Assembly (NCBI GenBank): GCA_001275005.1
Contig: JWZX01003394.1
Coordinates: 1-49,870, forward strand
Length of the DNA stretch: 49,870 nt
Source of the DNA: Chrysochromulina tobinii
Lineage: Eukaryota
Direction of reading: 5' to 3'
Position 1 is the first letter of the stretch. Each line of letters starts with the position of its first letter. This document shows, one piece after another, positions 11,557 to 21,904 of this stretch. The position numbers and the translations under genes were made by a program. Below the pieces are notes generated by a model. It worked only from the letters and a program-made list of their open reading frames with translations, was not told where the DNA came from and ran no database searches.

Positions 11557-13300
11557 CTAGGCCCTTACAGGCTGGGTCTGCGGAAATAGCGGGGTCATCT
11601 TGTTCCAGTCGGTTTGGCCAGCAGCCACCGGCGCCCCCCCCGCAGTGCCCTGTCGCGCTTTCGCTAGCTCTGTGGTCAGCTCGTTAATTTTCTGCGCTTG
11701 GGAGTGGTAATCTGCCTGCCACGCGGACTCGAGCGCAGCGATGCGCCTCGCGAGGGTGTCGCTGACAGAGGCGCTGCCGCCTCGGCGGCCGTCCTTGCCG
11801 CCGCCGTCGCCCAGGTCCGGCTTCCAGCCGGGCGTCATCTCGAGCAGGATCTTCTCGAGGTCAATAAGGAAGGCCTCGATCGGCAGGTCGTTGGCGTCGT
11901 TGCCAAAGGGCTGCTCGATCTCGACAGCCATCTGCTCGATGTTGAGGAAGAGGAAGGCGATCAGCGACGACGCCGGCACCGCAAGCCACCCGAACTCGCC
12001 GATGAGCGGGATGGACATGGTGGACAGCCAGAGGATCAGGAACGAGCGCAGCGTGGCGACGTACGAGAAGACCATGCTCGTTCGCTTGATCTTCATACAC
12101 GCGCCCACGGCGTCGTTGATCTCGCGGATGGACTCAGAGGTTTCGTCATAGATTGCCGCGCCCAGCTGCTTGGACAGGTTCTCGCGCGCCGTTTTCGTGA
12201 GGTGTTGCAGCGCCGTGATGGGCGGGTTGTGCGCCGCGTTGAGTGCGCGGATGTACTCCCAGTCCATGCGGCCGCCGCACTCCTCGGGCTGCACCGTCGT
12301 GTCACGCAGGAACGCCTTGAAGCACACGCAAAACGCCATCAGCTCCATGAGCATCTGCTCCGTCGCCTGAACCGTCGGCAGCGCGGGCGCCGTCTGGCAG
12401 CCGATCGACACGCAGGAATTCATGATCTGCTGCCACGAGCACCGCGCCTCCCACCAGTGGCTCATCGACGCATCGGTGCGCATGACGACGAGGAAGGCGA
12501 GCGCGCCGCCCAGGATAACGTGCGCATCCAGCGGAAAGAAGATAGCCGAAGCGGAGTCGGGGTTGAGCTCGAGCAAGTACAGGCACTGCAGAAACGTCAG
12601 CACGGAGATGCTGAACCACGGCCAGAACATCATGCCCTTGACGGAGAATCGGATGGTGGGCAGCCACAACGTGGGATCGTAGATGTTGAAGCCGTCGAGC
12701 GCCTCTTTGTAGTATGTTGTATCCAGCCATGGCGTCAGGTCCGTCGCAGGCTCCGGCTGAAAGAACATCGTCATGCTCATGTCCCCGGGCGGATGGTAAC
12801 TATCGCCCGGCGCGTGGTACTGAGCGCTCGCGCTGCCCGCACTTGCAGCCTGTTTGGATTTCAGGAAGGCCCAGACTTCAACAAACTCGTTCAATACGAT
12901 GAAGCCGCTATTGTCCGCGTCCATCTGTTTGAAGAGATCGTTAGCCTCCTTCTCGTTCGTTGCAACACCCATCAGCCGCAGCGCCGCCTTCATCTCCTCT
13001 TCCTCGAGCTTTCCTGCGAGTGGCACGCGAGTCGAGGCGAGGTGGCATGAGGCTCCTACACAAGCCGGGGCGGTGGCGCTGAGTGCTGTGACTCTGCACA
13101 CCTGAGCCGTCCTTGTCGTACGACTCGAAGGCCTTGCGCACTTCTGCGTACTGCTGCGGCGTCATCTGATCCACTAGTGTCGAGGCTCCGGCAACTCCCT
13201 TCAGCTCCCGAGAGGCATTCCGCTTTTCAAACGCTTCGCGATCACGTTTCATGTTCAATCCCTTACGTGCCGCCGCCGCCCCGCCGCCTGCCATGGGCAT
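11557..13300 (-). CDS. EF-hand pair fused to a bacterial/plastid-type bestrophin (YneE/VCCN-like) anion channel; exons 13300-13102 and 13013-11557
   Basis: EF loops DKDGSGKLEEEE (formed across the GT-AG intron 13101-13014) and DADNSGFIVLNE. Bestrophin motifs LAFLVVMRTDASMSHWWEAR and IEQMAVEIEQPFGNDANDLP, with hydrophobic segments. Confidence 0.88.
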
Positions 13301-13629
13301 GGTGAGTCCCTGTTACCGCGGCAACCCGCCACGGGTTGGCTCAGAGAGATTATCCACACCGGGAGTCGAGGGGGTCGACTTCGGTGCAAGTGCCGAACGA
13401 GCGCGTGTGAGAGAGAGAGAGCCAAAAAAGAGGCCCCCGACTGTGTGCACCCGAAAGAAGTTTGTTTGAAGGGTTTTTCCCACAGCCGCTGTGCTGAGCG
13501 GATCGAGGAAAGGAATGGGCACATGGGAGGAGCCGCCACCAATACACATGTACATGTAGGAACTACCAACGTCACTTCACCCGGCAAACCGTGAAGTGTT
13601 TCAGAAAGAGGACCTGTGAGATTTCCCGA

Positions 13630-14433
13630 ATGATGCTCATTGCTGTCAATGCGCTATTTTCGTTGTTAGTCTCGTCGCCTACTCTTATACGGCCGGCGCA
13701 GGCACGGCAGCTGCCTGCGATCGTCATGCAAGGCACGTTCATGTCGAAGGTGAAGGAGCTCAATAGCATGAACAAGATGTCCTCGGTGAAGAAGAACCAG
13801 AAGCCGATGGCGTCACCCAAGAAGTTGACGCCCAAGATGATCGAAGTGACGGAGACCAAGTTCAAGAAGACGTACGATAAGAAGTCGCTCGAGCTCCTGT
13901 GGGGTGCTCTTCTCCAAATCTACGGCTCTGTCGAGCTGGCGGAGAAAGCCGTGCTCGCCAATCCGCAAGTCCTCAACCCGTCCTACTCCTTTTGCAATAC
14001 GATGATCGTATCGAAGAATGTGCTCGTGGACATGATGGGGACCGAGGAAGCCCTCGAAGTCATGCTCAAGAACCCGGCCGTTCTACAATGCGGCCCGGCC
14101 CTCGATACGCTCGGACCTGACGAGATCAAGGGCTTCGCCAACTTGCGCAGCACCTTCAACAACATTCCGGAGAATGTACGAGGGTTTGCACTCCTCGCGC
14201 TCCTCGCGTTCGTGCTCTTCCCGATCTTTGCGAGCAACAACGAGCTCCTCCAGGATTCGGCGGCCCTCAACATAGCCAAAATAGGAAACGGCGTCCTCTT
14301 TGCGGTTCTCATCGAGGGCTCGCGGATCATCATCTTTAGCACCATCCTGAAAGGCAAGCTCAGCGGCGACGAGCGCGTGCTCAAGGCGCAGGAAAACGAG
14401 CTCAAGCGAATGGGGCGCTTGAAGAAGAGCTGA
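13630..14433 (+). CDS. Hypothetical protein, probable plastid presequence and two C-terminal membrane helices
   Basis: ORF with strongly G/C-ending codons, N-terminal signal-like MMLIAVNALFSLLVSS, repeated NPxVL motifs and two hydrophobic helices. Confidence 0.7.
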   Translation: MMLIAVNALFSLLVSSPTLIRPAQARQLPAIVMQGTFMSKVKELNSMNKMSSVKKNQKPMASPKKLTPKMIEVTETKFKKTYDKKSLELLWGALLQIYGSVELAEKAVLANPQVLNPSYSFCNTMIVSKNVLVDMMGTEEALEVMLKNPAVLQCGPALDTLGPDEIKGFANLRSTFNNIPENVRGFALLALLAFVLFPIFASNNELLQDSAALNIAKIGNGVLFAVLIEGSRIIIFSTILKGKLSGDERVLKAQENELKRMGRLKKS

Positions 14434-14823
14434 GGAGGGACGGACGACACGCTTTCCGCTCGGCTACAGCCGGTGCGGGACTTCGGCGCGCTTGGGCTTG
14501 TGCCACGGACTTGGACGGGTCATAGCGCCGGGAGCGACCCTGCTTGACAAGTTTGCTGACACGCCTTGTAAGGCCTTATCGCATCCTCGCGCTGAGCGCG
14601 GACAGCTCTGAGCCCGGGCTAGCGTTGTGGGTGGATTTCTTGACGGTCCGTCGCGTGTTGAGCCACTGAGATGTGTAACTGCTCACACTTAGAAGCACTT
14701 TCTAGACTTCTAACGGATTTACTAAGATCTAAGGTTGAAAACACTAAACATCCTCCACATCCGACCTGGGTGTCTGGGGACTGGGCTAGTTGAACAAGAT
14801 AGTCTCCGAGTCTGATTCGGAGG

Positions 14824-16644
14824 TCATTGACTCGGCCACACTGGCCCTGTGTAGCCGTTGCCGAGCGATTCGGCAAAGGCGACCTTGGACGGAGAGGCAG
14901 TGGAGCCGCCCTTCACGGCGTAGCCGTTAAGGGGCGGCCGGCGCACTTCGGCTGGCTCGCCCTCGGCCATGTCCTCTATCATGAGCGTCTCCGGCGCGTT
15001 GGGGCTCCTCCGACGTTCAGGCTCCTCCGTCGACGTGCCCCTGGGCGGATCGTCAGATGGCGCGACGCGCCCTCCGGCCACAGACCCGCGGCGCATCGAT
15101 GCAGTCGCGGGGCGAACGACCGAGGAGATCTGCCTCTGGAACGCCGCGGTCATCGGGCGTACCGCGTCGCGTGCGGTGGAACGCAGCGTGTCGATGGTCT
15201 GCTGGTGATGCCAAATCTGCTGCTGTGCGGTACCTACGGCGAGGGTGAGCTGGCGCATATGTCGCTGGTCGCGCCAGCGTAGGCACGTGAGAGGCACGAG
15301 GATGGCCAAGCACGCAAGACCGAAGGGCAAGCCGACCACCACGGCGAGGCGCAGCCAACCAGAAAGCTGTTGTGCCTTGGTACACACGACCTTTACAGGT
15401 TGGAGATCATCGCAGAGCGGGTAAAGGAAGTGGATACCTTGCAAGTCATGCTCGGAGAGGCACGTGCGCGGCGAGTGGCGCGTGAGCGAGTGCATGATCG
15501 ACATGTCCGACGGCTCGTACGGCACATTCACTGCGCACCCGAAGGCGTCGCGGCACGTCGCGTTGTTGACGGCACACGCCTCGCGCGCGACGAGGTTCTC
15601 ATCGGCCCGCTGGTCCGGGTGGTCGAAGCCGAGCACATGGCCCGTCTCGTGCGCCATGGCGGCCTCGAAGTCGTAGCACTCGATGCACGGCAGGTAGATG
15701 CGCTGGTAAAAGATGGGCGGGAAGATGAGGAAGAAGAGCACGAGCACGTTGCCGCCGGGCGAGAGGGACGAGAGGTAATCGAGCATCATCGAGCAGCGAC
15801 CCGAGCAGCGGCCGTGACGCCTGTACGCGGCGGCGGTGGCGGCCTCACCGCGAACGCAGAAGAGCGCCACGCAAACAAAGAAGAGCGTCCAGAGCATCCG
15901 CGTCGCCGCCATCGCGAAGAGCATGAGCAGCGTGAGCCGCACGAACAGGTCGATGTCGGCGGTGCCCATGGCGCTCTCATGCTTCAACCTCTGCAAGTGG
16001 TAGCAGAAGGTGGCGTCGAGGTACCAGCAGATGTGCGTCTGGAAGCGCATCATCGAGCGACGGTTCGCATCTACTCCGAACGCGATGACGCCTGACGACG
16101 AGCGCAGCGGCTGCGTGAACCACAGCTGGTCGAAATGTGAGGCGCGGAATGTGGTCACATATGCGGCAAGGTCCGGATGTGCGCTGCCATCGTCGGTCGT
16201 GATGTACACCTCCCACGGACACGGGTCGGAAAGGTCGGCCGAGCGGTTTGCGGCCGTGCACGGCGCGCTCTCCGAGATGTCGACAAAGTTGAGCAGCCGA
16301 TGATTGTCGGACCACGTCGCAAAGCCGCGGAGCAGCGCGGCCTTGATGTCATCGCAGTTGAGAAAGTCGACGTCGAGAAAGTCAACGCCGAGAAATATGT
16401 TACGCTCTGGGAACTTGGTGAGCATCTTCTCGCAGAACTGCGGGTCGAGCGCCCAAAACAGGCCACCGCCGAGGCCGTCCGTATTGGCCTGCTCAGCCGG
16501 CACCGTCCAGCGGAAGGAAGTACCCGGCAATGACCGCAGCTGCCCTAAATGCGAGCTAGAGTTGGCACCGGTGAGCACGAAGCTCGACAGGCCATGGAGC
16601 TGCAGCAGGATAAGCAGCAGCGGGCCGCTGTGGTTCCCTCGCAT
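14824..16644 (-). CDS. Membrane-anchored metzincin metalloprotease (matrixin/M10-like)
   Basis: Signal peptide, ALLRGFATWS helix, zinc motif HETGHVLGFDH (HExxHxxGxxH), Met-turn SIMH, three hydrophobic segments and a coiled-coil-like tail. Confidence 0.85.
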   Translation of the reverse strand: MRGNHSGPLLLILLQLHGLSSFVLTGANSSSHLGQLRSLPGTSFRWTVPAEQANTDGLGGGLFWALDPQFCEKMLTKFPERNIFLGVDFLDVDFLNCDDIKAALLRGFATWSDNHRLLNFVDISESAPCTAANRSADLSDPCPWEVYITTDDGSAHPDLAAYVTTFRASHFDQLWFTQPLRSSSGVIAFGVDANRRSMMRFQTHICWYLDATFCYHLQRLKHESAMGTADIDLFVRLTLLMLFAMAATRMLWTLFFVCVALFCVRGEAATAAAYRRHGRCSGRCSMMLDYLSSLSPGGNVLVLFFLIFPPIFYQRIYLPCIECYDFEAAMAHETGHVLGFDHPDQRADENLVAREACAVNNATCRDAFGCAVNVPYEPSDMSIMHSLTRHSPRTCLSEHDLQGIHFLYPLCDDLQPVKVVCTKAQQLSGWLRLAVVVGLPFGLACLAILVPLTCLRWRDQRHMRQLTLAVGTAQQQIWHHQQTIDTLRSTARDAVRPMTAAFQRQISSVVRPATASMRRGSVAGGRVAPSDDPPRGTSTEEPERRRSPNAPETLMIEDMAEGEPAEVRRPPLNGYAVKGGSTASPSKVAFAESLGNGYTGPVWPSQ

Positions 16645-17097
16645 GGTCGACCGCAGGCCCTGGGAGGCTTGGTCGACCACCCGAGCGTGTTTCCTCGGGG
16701 CCGGGGGGCGGTTAGAGACGGTTTACAGCCCCTCTTTTCTCATCGTGAATGGGGGCTCGCGAGCGGCGGGCCGACTCCCAGGACTTAGGGGAAAACGGAG
16801 AGGGGGGACGGTTTCCGGTTTCAGCAGTTCGCCTGTGTTCTCTGTGTTTGCGTGTGTGTCTGCACGGCTGTGCTGCACCCAAGGTTTCCCGCTATCGTAT
16901 GACGGAAGCACGGAACACTCCTTGTTCACGATAATCACGATTCTACACAGTTCCCTAGATCCCCACGCCGAGGCTGCCGAACAGTTCGTTCACGGGGGCC
17001 TCTGGGCCAGCACACAACCGCAGGCCCTGGGAGGCTTGCGCGGGAGAGAGGCGGACACTTCACGCTGCATCGCGAAGCCTCTTTGCCGAGATGGCGA

Positions 17098-18459
17098 TCA
17101 GTCCTCCGCCGCCTCTGCCTCCATCGCCATCGCCTCTGCCTCCATCGGCATCTGCATCGCCTCCGCCGCTTCCGCCACGCGTGCCGCCACCTTGGCCGCC
17201 ACGCATGCAGCACCGCCATCGGGCTCGTCCATCTCGAAGTCCATCTCGCCGAGGTACGGACGCGTCCGCTTGAGCTCGGGCTCAGCGATGGTGAGCGGCG
17301 AGTCGGAGGCGGGCGTCGGGCCGCCGCCTTCGTCCACGTGATAGGGCGTCGATGCCTCGAGCGGCCGCCGGCCGCTAGCCAGCTCGGCCTCTCTCTCGTC
17401 CTCTTCGTCCGCTGCCGCGCCCTCGAGAGGCAGCATCAAGGCGTCGTCGCAGCTGGGTGCGACCATTGAGCCGAGGCCGAGCCGGCGGCGGAGCACGTGC
17501 GCAAGAGGCAGCACGAGCGCGACGTCCTCATCCTCAACCTTGCTGTCGTCCTTCTCACCCTCGTCATCGTCGTCGTCATCCTCATCCTCGATGTCCATGC
17601 GATCGTCATCCTCGTCCTCGAGTGTCAGGCGCCGCTCGCCGAGCTCATGAGCTTTGACGAGCTCCAACAGCGACTCGTGCGCCGCCGCTGGCAGGAGGCG
17701 CAGGGCGGCCGCCGCGAGTGCGTCGGCGCCGGGAGAGTCAAGTAGAGAGAGGCGGTGGCCGAGGAAGACGAGCGCGTTCGCGCGCGGAGACCAGCCGTAG
17801 CGCGTGATCGTGGCATGCAGCTGCGGCTCGATCACGTGCACGAGCGGCGCCGACGCGTCTTCCTCGCACACCGCGCTGTCATCGACGGGAGCCGCGTCGC
17901 GGTCTGCTGGCGATGGCGAAGCGCTCGCGACGAAGCGGCCAAACTCGTCACCGAGCCGGAGCATGTCGCGATCCAGGTTGGCCATCCAGGGTGCCTGCGT
18001 CGTCGGTGCCGGTCCTGGCCCATTCCATGCCAAGAAGATACCCAGAGCCGTCGCCGCGCTCATCTGGTAGGGCGGCCGAGGCGGGACTGCGAAGCGTTGG
18101 CGGACCAGGCGGCCTAGGACCTCTGGTAGCATGACCATGAAGCGGATCACACGAGGGCTGATGGATGCAGCATCGTCATCATCGGGCAGCAAGGCGGCGA
18201 AGCGGCTGGCCATGAAGCGGCTGGCCGCGTGATCATCACCTCCAGCATTGTCATGCAGCGTGAGCATCACCTCTGCCGCAACTTCCGAAGAAGGGCAGTG
18301 GAGCAGCTGCACCAAAGACTGTGGAGCTGCCGTGGCGAGTGTGCCGATCTGCGTAGAGAGCGTCTTGATGAGGGTGGTGGCCAGCGGCTCGGTCGTCGCG
18401 TGGCTCACCTCTCGCAGCACGATGTTGACATCGCCGATGTTGAGGTCACGGCTGGCCAT
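17098..18459 (-). CDS. Hypothetical protein with acidic tract
   Basis: Long ORF from ATG 18459 (MASRDLNIGDV) with protein-like composition and a D/E-rich tract. No family recognised. Confidence 0.65.
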   Translation of the reverse strand: MASRDLNIGDVNIVLREVSHATTEPLATTLIKTLSTQIGTLATAAPQSLVQLLHCPSSEVAAEVMLTLHDNAGGDDHAASRFMASRFAALLPDDDDAASISPRVIRFMVMLPEVLGRLVRQRFAVPPRPPYQMSAATALGIFLAWNGPGPAPTTQAPWMANLDRDMLRLGDEFGRFVASASPSPADRDAAPVDDSAVCEEDASAPLVHVIEPQLHATITRYGWSPRANALVFLGHRLSLLDSPGADALAAAALRLLPAAAHESLLELVKAHELGERRLTLEDEDDDRMDIEDEDDDDDDEGEKDDSKVEDEDVALVLPLAHVLRRRLGLGSMVAPSCDDALMLPLEGAAADEEDEREAELASGRRPLEASTPYHVDEGGGPTPASDSPLTIAEPELKRTRPYLGEMDFEMDEPDGGAACVAAKVAARVAEAAEAMQMPMEAEAMAMEAEAAED

Positions 18460-18764
18460 CGTCGCGGCAGAGAAGCCCAAAGACGCGGTCGACCCTTGCG
18501 GTGTCGCCAAGGCGTCGCGTTTTCCTCTCCGGTAGAATCGATAAAATGCACGCTCGCTTTTCCCACGTACATGTATGTTTACACACAGTGCCGTAGCACC
18601 GGTTGTCGCGTCTGTCGTGTTAACGTTCACACAGTACCGGGTACCGGGTACTGTACCGGTACCCGTATGTTCTCCGAAGTGCGGCAAAACTTTTCATCCG
18701 GCCGCGAGTCGCCCACACACAGAGCACAAAGCCGCGTAAAGTACAGTACTGTAGGACCATCCAC

Positions 18765-20333
18765 ATGTTTCTTACCACCAAGCTGCGGCTCCTGCTTTCT
18801 CATACCTGCACCAAGCTCGGCTCCAAAGCCTGGGAATTTGCGACGCCACTCCTCCTGCTTCGCTTCTCCCCTGATGGCGGACTGATCGCGCCGGCGATCT
18901 TTGGCCTCACCGTCTACAGCCTCCAGTTTGTCGTGGGTCCTGCCGTGGGGCAGTGGATGGACCACACCGCCCGCATGCCCGTCGTGCGCCACGGGATCGC
19001 ATTGCAGGCTGCGGCTGTCGTTGCCGCCATCGGCGTCTTTGGGCTTCTCTGCGAATCCGAGAAGAATGGATCGGAAGGAATGCCGTGGTCTCTACTCGCG
19101 GCCATGATTGTCTGCGGAGTCGTTGAGTCGATTGGTGCGCTCATCTCCGACATCGCCATACGAAAGGATTGGGTGGCGACCATTTGGGCCGAAGGCGACC
19201 ACGAGGAGCTCTCGTCTATGAACTCGGCAATGGCGAGCATCGACCTTCTCGCCGAGTCTTTCGGCCCGCTCGCTGCCGGCGTGGCCATCCACCTCCTCGG
19301 TGCAGATGCGGGCTTCGTGGCGGTCGCGAGCGCGAACGTCGTCACCTTTGCGATCGAACTTAGGCTGCTGAGCGCGGTGTACGCTGAGAACAAGGCGCTC
19401 GCTGCGCCCAAGCCTGCGACCCATATGCAGGAGTCCAAGCCCGGCTTCTTCACCGCGTGGCCTATCTTCATCCAGCACCCCTCGGGCATCCCGCTGCTGG
19501 TGCTCTCGTACTCGCTCCTGTACTTCACGGTGCTCTCTCCGCACGACGTGGTGCTCACCGCCTACCTCCAGATACGCGGCGTCCCACCCGCCGCCCTCGC
19601 CGCCTTCCGCGCGGCCGGCGCCCTCGCCGGCGTGCTGGGCACGACCTTTTTCACGTGGCTCTCGGCGCGTGCGGGCCTTCGCATGGTGGCCACAGGGCAC
19701 CTCTGGCTGCAGTCCGCGGCGGTCTCAGGCGCAACTGCGTGCTTCTACGCCACACACGGCGAGGTGGGACTCTCAGCCCCGATGCTCGTCTTCCTCGCCC
19801 TCATCGTCGTCTCGCGCTTCGGGTTGTACGGGTTCGACCTCGCCAACGAGACCCTCCAGCAGCTTCATGTGGATGAGGCCTACCGCGGCTCGGTTGGCGC
19901 GGTCGAGAAGTCACTTTGCTCGCTGGGCACCATGTCCGCTTATGTGGGAGCCTTCGCTGTCTCAGCCTCCGGCTCCACCACCAGCTCCGCCTCAGACAAG
20001 TCTTTGGCATCCTCGCTCACTTTCGACGTGCTCGTGTACGCTTCGGCGTTCTTTGTCGGCACGGCGGCGCTCATCTACACCGCGTGGGTCCTGCTGTTCC
20101 ACGAGCACGCGCACGAGCATCCGCGGATGGTGGCGAGCCCCAGCCACACGCACACGACGCAGCAGCTGCGCGCGCTGGAAATGAATTCCTCCGAGGGCAG
20201 GCGCATTCATGTCCATCTCCACTTGCACCTGCCATGTATCACAATGGACAATCATGGCCACAGCCACAGCCACGATGACAAGGGGAACGACCACGCCTAC
20301 CACGCCTACCATGACCAGCACAGCCACGGCTGA
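18765..20333 (+). CDS. Ferroportin (SLC40/IREG)-family metal exporter with His-rich C-terminus
   Basis: SHTCTKLGSKAWEFA, AIRKDWV, LLYFTVLS and SRFGLYGFDL match ferroportin motifs. Many transmembrane segments and a His-rich tail. Confidence 0.88.
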   Translation: MFLTTKLRLLLSHTCTKLGSKAWEFATPLLLLRFSPDGGLIAPAIFGLTVYSLQFVVGPAVGQWMDHTARMPVVRHGIALQAAAVVAAIGVFGLLCESEKNGSEGMPWSLLAAMIVCGVVESIGALISDIAIRKDWVATIWAEGDHEELSSMNSAMASIDLLAESFGPLAAGVAIHLLGADAGFVAVASANVVTFAIELRLLSAVYAENKALAAPKPATHMQESKPGFFTAWPIFIQHPSGIPLLVLSYSLLYFTVLSPHDVVLTAYLQIRGVPPAALAAFRAAGALAGVLGTTFFTWLSARAGLRMVATGHLWLQSAAVSGATACFYATHGEVGLSAPMLVFLALIVVSRFGLYGFDLANETLQQLHVDEAYRGSVGAVEKSLCSLGTMSAYVGAFAVSASGSTTSSASDKSLASSLTFDVLVYASAFFVGTAALIYTAWVLLFHEHAHEHPRMVASPSHTHTTQQLRALEMNSSEGRRIHVHLHLHLPCITMDNHGHSHSHDDKGNDHAYHAYHDQHSHG

Positions 20334-20459
20334 GAGGGAAGATAGTTAGAGCTGCGTCATTTTCTGGCAATGGCCGCGCACTGTGAACGAACGCTCCCCT
20401 TCAAATCTGGCTGAGATCTTGGGGAGACAAAGGATGTACTATTCACACCTGGCTGGCCA

Positions 20460-20499
20460 TTTCACAGCCAATGTTTATAATTCGACACCCAAGACACCG
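20460..20499 (+). repeat. Dispersed ~40-bp upstream element, copy 1 (copy 2 at 26558-26598)
   Basis: tttcacagccaatgtttataa (21 bp) and gacacccaagacaccg (16 bp) are identical at both sites. Confidence 0.85.
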
Positions 20500-20520
20500 C
20501 ACGCACGCACCGCGAATAGG

Positions 20521-21579
20521 ATGGTCCGACACGTGAAAAAGTCGCACCGTCGCGACGCGGCGATCTCCTCGGCGTGGGAAGTTGTAGGCCAACTTGCAAC
20601 CTCACTGCCTGCTGTGGCCGATGCCATGTGCTTGCCATGTGCCGAAATCGACGAGTGGCCGGCCGGCTTGGATCCCGCAGACGGGAAGCTTGACGAACGC
20701 CGGGACACGAGGAAAAAGGAACAGTTGGCGTCGGTGGCTCAGCACGTGCTGTCGCTCATTGAAACCAGCGGCGCGCAGCGTGTCGTGGAGGTTGGCGCGG
20801 GCTCTGGCCACTTGGGCCTGCTCATTGCACACCTGCGGCCGCACTGCCACGTCGTTCTCGTCGAGATCAAGGAGTATTCGTGTGAGGTGGCGCGGGCACG
20901 CATCTCCACGCTCGGGCTGGCCAACGCGTCAGTCGCGCAGGGCTCTCTCGACGAGTATGCCAAGCGCGGCGAGTCGTTCGATCTCATTGTCGGCCTGCAC
21001 TGCTGCGGTCTCTTGACCGACGCTGTTCTCTCGCTCGCGCTTTCTCGGCGTGCGGCCGTGTGCGTCGTGCCGTGCTGCTACGGCCAGGTGGTCGGCGATG
21101 TCGATCACGAGCGAGGTGCTGGCACGGCGCCACGGATGCACCCGCGCTCGGCGGCGTTTCGTGCGCTGCCGCTCGCCGACGGCGCCTTCGAGCAGCTCGC
21201 TCGGGGCGCGGACTTGGTCTCTGGCGGCGACTGCAGCGGCGAGCAGTACGCAGCCGCCAAGCGCTGCATGCTGTGTGTGGACGCCGACCGGCTGTTGTGG
21301 GCGCAGCACGATGCGCTCGAAGGCACGGTGAGCGACGCAGAGCCAGCCAGGGCGAACGAGGCCACTGCGCTCGAGGCTCTGGAAGCTCCCAAGGAGTCGC
21401 GTGAGGAATCTGTTCATAGCTCAGTGGCGACGGGCGCAAGTGAGCCACAGGCGCTCGGCACGCCAGCCGTAGTGAGGGTTGCCATAGGCGAGCTCTCGCC
21501 GCCGACGTGCACGCCGAAGAATAACGTGCTGATGCTGTGGTGGTTGCCAACTGCAACATCGTCGGGGGCACCGACGTAA
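20521..21579 (+). CDS. SAM-dependent methyltransferase (GSTCD C-terminal-like family)
   Basis: RKKEQL, motif I VVEVGAGSGHLG, VGLHCCGLLTD, PCCYG and TPKNNVL. Confidence 0.8.
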   Translation: MVRHVKKSHRRDAAISSAWEVVGQLATSLPAVADAMCLPCAEIDEWPAGLDPADGKLDERRDTRKKEQLASVAQHVLSLIETSGAQRVVEVGAGSGHLGLLIAHLRPHCHVVLVEIKEYSCEVARARISTLGLANASVAQGSLDEYAKRGESFDLIVGLHCCGLLTDAVLSLALSRRAAVCVVPCCYGQVVGDVDHERGAGTAPRMHPRSAAFRALPLADGAFEQLARGADLVSGGDCSGEQYAAAKRCMLCVDADRLLWAQHDALEGTVSDAEPARANEATALEALEAPKESREESVHSSVATGASEPQALGTPAVVRVAIGELSPPTCTPKNNVLMLWWLPTATSSGAPT

Positions 21580-21904
21580 AAAGCTTGATCCACAGGCTCC
21601 TACCTCTCGAAACGAAAACCAGCACGATCCACAGGCTTTCGGAATTCAGGTTGCTGTCAGGTACAAGTATCGCTTATTAGAGTTCGGTTTAGGAATTTGA
21701 ATTTTTGATGATTGTTCTTGTTCTTGTGCACGGAGAAAAATAAAAATCGTGCCTACCGTGCCACCCGCCAGATATACCAAAGTGTCGCACCGCATGCCGT
21801 GCCTCGGCTCGTTTTTTGAGGGTCCTCGATAACGCGTCGTTCTGAGCGCCCTTTCGGCTCCTGGCACCTCGGCTGTGTCGACCCGTCTTATCCGGTAACT
21901 CTAC

